A DNA stretch of 64,000 nucleotides, taken from contig OZ024755.1 of the NCBI GenBank assembly GCA_964016885.1, forward strand, positions 42,904,001-42,968,000, in the 5' to 3' direction. A program made the position numbers and the translations under genes. A model generated the notes under the pieces. It was not told where the DNA came from and did no database searches. It saw nothing but the letters and a program-made list of their open reading frames with translations. This document shows positions 54,401-64,000 of this stretch, piece by piece; positions within the stretch are counted from its first letter, which is position 1, and each line of letters begins with the position of its first letter. The stretch comes from Eledone cirrhosa (lineage: Eukaryota).

Positions 54401-57400
54401 TGGGTGTGGAGGGGGTTATGGGCTGTGTGTGATGGTGAGGGTGCTGGGTGTGGAGGTGGTTATGGGCTGTGTGTGATGGTGAGGGTGTTAGGTGCGGAGG
54501 TGGTTATGGGCTGTGTGTGATGGTGAGGGTGCTGGGTGTGGAGGTGGTTATGGGCTGTGTGTGATGGTGAGGGTGCTGGGTGTGGAGGTGGTTATGGGCT
54601 GTGTGTGATGGTGAGGGTGTTGGGTGTGGAGGTGGTTATGGGCTGTGTGTGATGGTGAGGGTGTTGGGTGTGGAGGTGGTTATGGGCTGTGTGTGATGGT
54701 GAGGGTGTTGGGTGTGGAGGTGGTTATGGGCTGTGTGTGATGGTGAGGGTGTTGGGTGTGGAGGTGGTTATGGGCTGTGTGTGGTGAGGGTGCTGGGTGT
54801 GGATGTGGTTATGGGCTGTGTGTGATGGTGAGGGTGCTGGGTGTGGAGGTGGTTATGGGCTGTGTGTGATGGTGAGGGTGTTGGGTGTGGAGGTGGTTAT
54901 GGGCTGTGTGTGATGGTGAGGGTGCTGGGTGTGGAGGTGGTTATGGGCTGTGTGTGATGGTGAGGGTGCTGGGTGTGGAGGTGGTTATGGGCTGTGTGTG
55001 ATGGTGAGGGTGCTGGGTGTGGAGGTGGTTATGGGCTGTGTGTGATGGTGAGGGTGTTGGGTGTGGAGGTGGTTATGGGCTGTGTGTGATGGTGAGGGTG
55101 TTGGGTGTGGAGGTGGTTATGGGCTGTGTGTGATGGTGAGGGTGTTGGGTGTGGAGGTGGTTATGGGCTGTGTGTGATGGTGAGGGTGTTGGGTGTGGAG
55201 GTGGTTATGGGCTGTGTGTGATGGTGAGGGTGCTGGGTGTGGAGGTGGTTATGGGCTGTGTGTGATGGTGAGGGTGTTAGGTGTGGAGGTGGTTATGGGC
55301 TGTGTGTGATGGTGAGGGTGCTGGGTGTGGAGGTGGTTATGGGCTGTGTGTGATGGTGAGGGTGCTGGGTGTGAAGGTGGTTATGGGCTGTGTGTGATGG
55401 TGAGGGTGCTGGGTGTGGTGGTGGTTATGGGCTGTGTGTGATGGTGAGGGTGTTGGGTGTGAAGGTGGTTATGGGCTGTGTGTGATGGTGAGGGTGTTGG
55501 GTGTGGAGGTGGTTATGGGCTGTGTGTGATGGTGAGGGTGTTGGGTGTGGAGGTGGTTATGGGCTGTGTGTGATGGTGAGGGTGCTGGGTGTGGATGTGG
55601 TTATGGGCTGTGTGTGATGGTGAGGGTGCTGGGTGTGGAGGTGGTTATGGGCTGTGTGTGATGGTGAGGGTGTTAGGTGTGGAGGTGGTTATGGGCTGTG
55701 TGTGATGGTGAGGGTGCTGGGTGTGGAGGTGGTTATGGGCTGTGTGTGATGGTGAGGGTGCTGGGTGTGGAGGTGGTTATGGGCTGTGTGTGATGGTGAG
55801 GGTGTTAGGTGTGGAGGTGGTTATGGGCTGTGTGTGATGGTGAGGGTGCTGGGTGTGGAGGTGGTTATGGGCTGTGTGTGATGGTGAGGGTGCTGGGTGT
55901 GGAGGTGGTTATGGGCTGTGTGTGATGGTGAGGGTGTTGGGTGTGAAGGTGGTTATGGGCTGTGTGTGATGGTGAGGGTGTTGGGTGTGGAGGTGGTTTT
56001 GGGCTGTGTGTGATGGTGAGGGTGTTGGGTGTGGAGGTGGTTATGGGCTGTGTGTGATGGTGAGGGTGTTGGGTGTGGAGGTGGTTATGGGCTGTGTGTG
56101 ATGGTGAGGGTGTTGGGTGTGGAGGTGGTTATGGGCTGTGTGTGATGGTGAGGGTGCTGGGTGTGAAGGTGGTTATGGGCTGTGTGTGATGGTGAGGGTG
56201 CTGGGTGTGGAGGGGGTTATGGGCTGTGTGTGATGGTGAGGGTGTTGGGTGTGGAGGTGGTTATGAGCTGTGTGTGATGGTAAGGGTGTTGGGTGTGGAG
56301 GTGATTATGGGCTGTGTGTGATGGTGAGGGTGCTGGGTGTGGAGGTGGTTATGGGCTGTGTGTGATGGTGAGGGTGTTGGGTGTGGAGGTGGTTATGGGC
56401 TGTGTGTGATGGTAAGGGTGTTGGGTGTGGAGGTGGTTATGGGCTGTGTGTGATGGTAAGGGTGTTGGGTGTGGAGGTGGTTATGGGCTGTGTGTGATGG
56501 TGAGGGTGTTGGGTGTGGAGGTGGTTATGGGCTGTTTGTGATGGTGAGGGTGTTGGATGTGGGGGTGGTTATGGGCTGTGTGTGATGGTGAGGGTGTTAG
56601 GTGTGGAGGTGGTTATGTGCTGTGTGTGATGGTGAGGGTGTTGGGTGTGAAGGTGGTTATGGGCTGTGTGTGATGGTGAGGGTGTTGGGTGTGGAGGTGG
56701 TTATGGGCTGTGTGTGATGGTGAGGGTGTTAGGTGTGGAGGTGGTTATGGGCTGTGTGTGAGGGTGAGGGTGTTGGGTGTGGAGGTGGTTATGGGCTGTG
56801 TGTGATGGTGAGGGTGTTGGGTGTGGAGGTGGTTATGGGCTGTGTGTGATGGTGAGGGTGTTGGGTGTGGAGGTGGTTATGGGCTGTGTGTGATGGTGAG
56901 GGTGCTGGGTGTGGATGTGGTTATGGGCTGTGTGTGATGGTGAGGGTGCTGGGTGTGGAGGTGGTTATGGGCTGTGTGTGATGGTGAGGGTGTTGGGTGT
57001 GGAGGTGGTTATGGGCTGTGTGTGATGGTGAGGGTGCTGGGTGTGGAGGGGGTTATGGGCTGTGTGTGATGGTGAGGGTGCTGGGTGTGGAGGTGGTTAT
57101 GGGCTGTGTGTGATGGTGAGGGTGTTAGGTGCGGAGGTGGTTATGGGCTGTGTGTGATGGTGAGGGTGCTGGGTGTGGAGGTGGTTATGGGCTGTGTGTG
57201 ATGGTGAGGGTGCTGGGTGTGGAGGTGGTTATGGGCTGTGTGTGATGGTGAGGGTGTTGGGTGTGGAGGTGGTTATGGGCTGTGTGTGATGGTGAGGGTG
57301 TTGGGTGTGGAGGTGGTTATGGGCTGTGTGTGATGGTGAGGGTGTTGGGTGTGGAGGTGGTTATGGGCTGTGTGTGATGGTGAGGGTGTTGGGTGTGGAG

Positions 57401-60400
57401 GTGGTTATGGGCTGTGTGTGGTGAGGGTGCTGGGTGTGGATGTGGTTATGGGCTGTGTGTGATGGTGAGGGTGCTGGGTGTGGAGGTGGTTATGGGCTGT
57501 GTGTGATGGTGAGGGTGTTGGGTGTGGAGGTGGTTATGGGCTGTGTGTGATGGTGAGGGTGCTGGGTGTGGAGGTGGTTATGGGCTGTGTGTGATGGTGA
57601 GGGTGCTGGGTGTGGAGGTGGTTATGGGCTGTGTGTGATGGTGAGGGTGCTGGGTGTGGAGGTGGTTATGGGCTGTGTGTGATGGTGAGGGTGTTGGGTG
57701 TGGAGGTGGTTATGGGCTGTGTGTGATGGTGAGGGTGTTGGGTGTGGAGGTGGTTATGGGCTGTGTGTGATGGTGAGGGTGTTGGGTGTGGAGGTGGTTA
57801 TGGGCTGTGTGTGATGGTGAGGGTGTTGGGTGTGGAGGTGGTTATGGGCTGTGTGTGATGGTGAGGGTGCTGGGTGTGGAGGTGGTTATGGGCTGTGTGT
57901 GATGGTGAGGGTGTTAGGTGTGGAGGTGGTTATGGGCTGTGTGTGATGGTGAGGGTGCTGGGTGTGGAGGTGGTTATGGGCTGTGTGTGATGGTGAGGGT
58001 GCTGGGTGTGAAGGTGGTTATGGGCTGTGTGTGATGGTGAGGGTGCTGGGTGTGGTGGTGGTTATGGGCTGTGTGTGATGGTGAGGGTGTTGGGTGTGAA
58101 GGTGGTTATGGGCTGTGTGTGATGGTGAGGGTGTTGGGTGTGGAGGTGGTTATGGGCTGTGTGTGATGGTGAGGGTGTTGGGTGTGGAGGTGGTTATGGG
58201 CTGTGTGTGATGGTGAGGGTGCTGGGTGTGGATGTGGTTATGGGCTGTGTGTGATGGTGAGGGTGCTGGGTGTGGAGGTGGTTATGGGCTGTGTGTGATG
58301 GTGAGGGTGTTAGGTGTGGAGGTGGTTATGGGCTGTGTGTGATGGTGAGGGTGCTGGGTGTGGAGGTGGTTATGGGCTGTGTGTGATGGTGAGGGTGCTG
58401 GGTGTGGAGGTGGTTATGGGCTGTGTGTGATGGTGAGGGTGTTAGGTGTGGAGGTGGTTATGGGCTGTGTGTGATGGTGAGGGTGCTGGGTGTGGAGGTG
58501 GTTATGGGCTGTGTGTGATGGTGAGGGTGCTGGGTGTGGAGGTGGTTATGGGCTGTGTGTGATGGTGAGGGTGTTGGGTGTGAAGGTGGTTATGGGCTGT
58601 GTGTGATGGTGAGGGTGTTGGGTGTGGAGGTGGTTTTGGGCTGTGTGTGATGGTGAGGGTGTTGGGTGTGGAGGTGGTTATGGGCTGTGTGTGATGGTGA
58701 GGGTGTTGGGTGTGGAGGTGGTTATGGGCTGTGTGTGATGGTGAGGGTGTTGGGTGTGGAGGTGGTTATGGGCTGTGTGTGATGGTGAGGGTGCTGGGTG
58801 TGAAGGTGGTTATGGGCTGTGTGTGATGGTGAGGGTGCTGGGTGTGGAGGGGGTTATGGGCTGTGTGTGATGGTGAGGGTGTTGGGTGTGGAGGTGGTTA
58901 TGAGCTGTGTGTGATGGTAAGGGTGTTGGGTGTGGAGGTGATTATGGGCTGTGTGTGATGGTGAGGGTGCTGGGTGTGGAGGTGGTTATGGGCTGTGTGT
59001 GATGGTGAGGGTGTTGGGTGTGGAGGTGGTTATGGGCTGTGTGTGATGGTAAGGGTGTTGGGTGTGGAGGTGGTTATGGGCTGTGTGTGATGGTAAGGGT
59101 GTTGGGTGTGGAGGTGGTTATGGGCTGTGTGTGATGGTGAGGGTGTTGGGTGTGGAGGTGGTTATGGGCTGTTTGTGATGGTGAGGGTGTTGGATGTGGG
59201 GGTGGTTATGGGCTGTGTGTGATGGTGAGGGTGTTAGGTGTGGAGGTGGTTATGTGCTGTGTGTGATGGTGAGGGTGTTGGGTGTGAAGGTGGTTATGGG
59301 CTGTGTGTGATGGTGAGGGTGTTGGGTGTGGAGGTGGTTATGGGCTGTGTGTGATGGTGAGGGTGTTAGGTGTGGAGGTGGTTATGGGCTGTGTGTGAGG
59401 GTGAGGGTGTTGGGTGTGAAGGTGGTTATGGGCTGTGTGTGATGGTGAGGGTGTTGGGTGTGGAGGTGGTTATGAGCTGTGTGTGATGATAAGGGTGTTG
59501 GGTGTGGAGGTGATTATGGGCTGTGTGTGATGGTGAGGGTGCTGGGTGTGGAGGTGGTTATGGGCTGTGTGTGATGGTGAGGGTGTTGGGTGTGGAGGTG
59601 GTTATGGGCTGTGTGTGATGGTAAGGGTGTTGGGTGTGGAGGTGGTTATGGGCTGTGTGTGATGGTAAGGGTGTTGGGTGTGGAGGTGGTTATGGGCTGT
59701 GTGTGATGGTGAGTGTGTTGGGTGTGGAGGTGGTTATGGGCTGTGTGTGATGGTGAGGGTGTTGGGTGTGGAGGTGGTTATGGGCTGTGTGTGATGGTGA
59801 GGGTGTTGGGTGTGGAGGTGGTTATGGGCTGTGTGTGATGGTAAGGGTGTTGGGTGTGGAGGTGGTTATGGGCTGTGTGTGATGGTAAGGGTGTTGGGTG
59901 TGGAGGTGGTTATGGGCTGTGTGTGATGGTGAGGGTGTTGGGTGTGGAGGTGGTTATGGGCTGTGTGTGATGGTGAGGGTGTTGGGTGTGGAGGTGGTTA
60001 TGGGCTGTGTGTGATGGTAAGTGTGTTGGGTGTGGAGGTGGTTATGGGCTGTGTGTGATGGTGAGGGTGTTGGGTGTGGAGGTGGTTATGGGCTGTGTGT
60101 GATGGTGAGGGTGTTGGGTGTGGAGGTGGTTATGGGCTGTGTGTGATGGTGAGGGTGTTGGGTGTGGAGGTGGTTATGTGCTGGGTGTTATGGTGGGGGT
60201 GTTGGGTGTGGAGGTGGTTATGGGCTGTGTGTGATGGTGAGGGTGCTGGGTGTGGAGGTGGTTATGGGCTGTGTGTGATGGTGAGGGTGTTAGGTGCGGA
60301 GGTGGTTATGGGCTGTGTGTGATGGTGAGGGTGCTGGGTGTGGAGGTGTTTATGGGCTGTGTGTGATGGTGAGGGTGCTGGGTGTGGAGGTGGTTATGGG

Positions 60401-63400
60401 CTGTGTGTGATGGTGAGGGTGTTGGGTGTGAAGGTGGTTATGGGCTGTGTGTGATGGTGAGGGTGTTGGGTGTGGAGGTGGTTATGGGCTGTGTGTGATG
60501 GTGAGGGTGTTGGGTGTGGAGGGGGTTATGGGCTGTGTGTGATGGTGAGGGTGTTGGGTGTGGAGGTGGTTATGGGCTGTGTGTGATGGTGAGGGTGTTG
60601 GGTGTGGAGGTGGCTATGGGCTGTGTGTGATGGTGAGGGTGTTGGGTGTGGAGGTGGTTATGGGCTGTGTGTGATGGTGAGGGTGTTGGGTGTGGAGGTG
60701 GTTATGGGCTGTGTGTGATGGTGAGGGTGTTGGGTGTGGAGGTGGTTATGGGCTGTGTGTGATGGTGAGGGTGTTGGGTGTGGAGGTGGTTATGGGCTGC
60801 GTGTGATGGTGAGGGTGCTGGGTGTGGATGTGGTTATGGGCTGTGTGTGATGGTGAGGGTGCTGGGTGTGGAGGTGGTTATGGGCTGTGTGTGATGGTGA
60901 GGGTGTTGTGTGTGGAGGTGGTTATGGGCTGTGTGTGATGGTGAGGGTGCTGGGTGTGGAGGGGGTTATGGGCTGTGTGTGATGGTGAGGGTGTTGGGTG
61001 TGAGGGTGGTTATGGGCTGTGTGTGATGGTGAGGGTGTTAGGTGTGGAGGTGGTTATGGGCTGTGTGTGATGGTGAGGGTGCTGGGTGTGGAGGTGGTTA
61101 TGGGCTGTGTGTGATGGTGAGGGTGTTGGGTGTGGAGGTGGTTATGGGCTGTGTGTGATGGTGAGGGTGCTGGGTGTGGAGGTGGTTATGGGCTGTGTGT
61201 GATGGTGAGGGTGCTGGGTGTGGAGGTGGTTATGGGCTGTGTGTGATGGTGAGGGTGTTGGGTGTGGAGGTGGTTATGGGCTGTTTGATGGTGAGGGTGT
61301 TGGGTGTGGAGGTGGTTATGGGCTGTGTGTGATGGTGAGGGTGTTGGGTGTGGAGGTGGTTATGGGCTGTGTGTGATGGTGAGGGTGTTGGGTGTGGAGG
61401 TGGTTATGGGCTGTGTGTGATGGTGAGGGTGCTGGGTGTGGATGTGGTTATGGGCTGTGTGTGATGGTGAGGGTGCTGGGTGTGGAGGTGGTTATGGGCT
61501 GTGTGTGATGGTGAGGGTGTTGGGTGTGGAGGTGGTTATGGGCTGTGTGTGATGGTGAGGGTGCTGGATGTGGAGGTGGTTATGGGCTGTGTGTGATGGT
61601 GAGGGTGCTGGGTGTGGAGGTGGTTATGGGCTGTGTGTGATGGTGAGGGTGTTAGGTGTGGAGGGGGTTATGGGCTGTGTGTGATGGTGAGGGTGCTGGG
61701 TGTGGAGGTGGTTATGGGCTGTGTGTGATGGTGAGCGTGTTGGGTGTGGAGGTGGTTATGGGCTGTGTGTGATGGTGAGGGTGCTGGGTGTGGAGGTGGT
61801 TATGGGCTTTGTGTGATGGTGAGGGTGCTGGGTGTGGAGGTGGTTATGGGCTGTGTGTGATGGTGAGGGTGTTGGGTGTGGAGGTGGTTATGGGCTGTGT
61901 GTGATGGTGAGGGTGTTGGGTGTGGAGGTGGTTATGGGCTGTGTGTGATGGTGAGGGTGTTGGGTGTGGAGGTGGTTATGGGCTGTGTGTGATGGTGAGG
62001 GTGTTGGGTGTGGAGGTGGTTATGGGCTGTGTGTGATGGTGAGGGTGCTGGGTGTGGAGGTGGTTATGGGCTGTGTGTGATGGTGAGGGTGCTGGGTGTG
62101 AAGGTGGTTATGGGCTGTGTGTGATGGTGAGGGTGCTGGGTGTGGTGGTGGTTATGGGCTGTGTGTGATGGTGAGGGTGTTGGGTGTGAAGGTGGTTATG
62201 GGCTGTGTGTGATGGTGAGGGTGTTGGGTGTGGAGGTGGTTATGGGCTGTGTGTGATGGTGAGGGTGTTGGCTGTGAAGGTGGTTATGGGCTGTGTGTGA
62301 TGGTGAGGGTGCTGGGTGTGGATGTGGTTATGGGCTGTGTGTGATGGTGAGGGTGCTGGGTGTGGAGGTGGTTATGGGCTGTGTGTGATGGTGAGGGTGT
62401 TAGGTGTGGAGGTGGTTATGGGCTGTGTGTGATGGTGAGGGTGCTGGGTGTGGAGGTGGTTATGGGCTGTGTGTGATGGTGAGGGTGCTGGGTGTGGAGG
62501 TGGTTATGGGCTGTGTGTGATGGTGAGGGTGTTAGGTGTGGAGGTGGTTATGGGCTGTGTGTGATGGTGAGGGTGCTGGGTGTGGAGGTGGTTATGGGCT
62601 GTGTGTGATGGTGAGGGTGCTGGGTGTGGAGGTGGTTATGGGCTGTGTGTGATGGTGAGGGTGTTGGGTGTGAAGGTGGTTATGGGCTGTGTGTGATGGT
62701 GAGGGTGTTGGGTGTGGAGGTGGTTATGGGCTGTGTGTGATGGTGAGGGTGTTGGGTGTGGAGGTGGTTATGGGCTGTGTGTGATGGTGAGGGTGTTGGG
62801 TGTGGAGGTGGTTATGGGCTGTGTGTGATGGTGAGGGTGTTGGGTGTGGAGGTGGTTATGGGCTGTGTGTGATGGTGAGGGTGCTGGGTGTGAAGGTGGT
62901 TATGGGCTGTGTGTGATGGTGAGGGTGCTGGGTGTGGAGGTGGTTATGGGCTGTGTGTGATGGTGAGGGTGTTGGGTGTGGAGGTGGTTATGAGCTGTGT
63001 GTGATGGTAAGGGTGTTGGGTGTGGAGGTGATTATGGGCTGTGTGTGATGGTGAGGGTGCTGGGTGTGGAGGTGGTTATGGGCTGTGTGTGATGGTGAGG
63101 GTGTTGGGTGTGGAGGTGGTTATGGGCTGTGTGTGATGGTAAGGGTGTTGGGTGTGGAGGTGGTTATGGGCTGTGTGTGATGGTAAGGGTGTTGGGTATG
63201 GAGGTGGTTATGGGCTGTGTGTGATGGTGAGGGTGTTGGGTGTGGAGGTGGTTATGGGCTGTTTGTGATGGTGAGGGTGTTGGATGTGGGGGTGGTTATG
63301 GGCTGTGTGTGATGGTGAGGGTGTTAGGTGTGGAGGTGGTTATGGGCTGTGTGTGATGGTGAGGGTGTTGGGTGTGAAGGTGGTTATGGGCTGTGTGTGA

Positions 63401-64000
63401 TGGTGAGGGTGTTGGGTGTGGAGGTGGTTATGGGCTGTGTGTGATGGTGAGGGTGTTAGGTGTGGAGGTGGTTATGGGCTGTGTGTGAGGGTGAGGGTGT
63501 TGGGTGTGAAGGTGGTTATGGGCTGTGTGTGATGGTGAGGGTGTTGGGTGTGGAGGTGGTTATGAGCTGTGTGTGATGATAAGGGTGTTGGGTGTGGAGG
63601 TGATTATGGGCTGTGTGTGATGGTGAGGGTGCTGGGTGTGGAGGTGGTTATGGGCTGTGTGTGATGGTGAGGGTGTTGGGTGTGGAGGTGGTTATGGGCT
63701 GTGTGTGATGGTAAGGGTGTTGGGTGTGGAGGTGGTTATGGGCTGTGTGTGATGGTAAGGGTGTTGGGTGTGGAGGTGGTTATGGGCTCTGTGTGATGGT
63801 GAGGGTGTTGGGTGTGGAGGTGGTTATGGGCTGTGTGTGATGGTGAGGGTGTTGGGTGTGGAGGTGGTTATGGGCTGTGTGTGATGGTAAGGGTGCTGGG
63901 TGTGGAGGTGGTTATGGGCTGTGTGTGATGGTGAGGGTGTTGGGTGTGGAGGTGGTTATGGGCTGTGTGTGATGGTGAGGGTGTTGGGTGTGGAGGTGGT
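51431..64000 (+). repeat. Same 44-bp satellite in opposite orientation (G/T-rich on + strand), ~285 units, running off the window
   Basis: Unit TGATGGTGAGGGTGTTGGGTGTGGAGGTGGTTATGGGCTGTGTG, the exact reverse complement of the left block unit. Confidence 0.98.

Overview
Repeat-rich eukaryotic (animal) genomic DNA. The SINE/LINE families and the kilobase (TA)n tracts suggest an octopus or other cephalopod; this is an inference. One host protein-coding gene can be reconstructed: a CCDC51/MITOK-like gene with two coding exons (9457-9681 and 24632-25525, + strand, about 372 aa) split by a ~15 kb intron. One intact tRNA-Gly(GCC) gene lies at 7262-7332. The remainder is mobile and tandem-repeat DNA: a Gypsy-like 3' end plus LTR inserted into a PHD-bearing CRE-like non-LTR element, CR1/L2-type and RTE-type LINE fragments, tRNA-derived SINEs, numerous inverted-repeat structures, about ten minisatellites, and a >24 kb 44-bp satellite that switches strand at 51430/51431. 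The most notable signals are (i) two mirror-image repeats whose arms each carry a Penelope-type hammerhead-ribozyme motif, one showing the compensatory U3-A8 core pair, (ii) a recurring head-to-head, tails-out pairing of retroelement copies next to (TA)n, and (iii) the strand-flipped satellite with kilobase higher-order duplications. All calls were made by eye, with no alignment or folding software.
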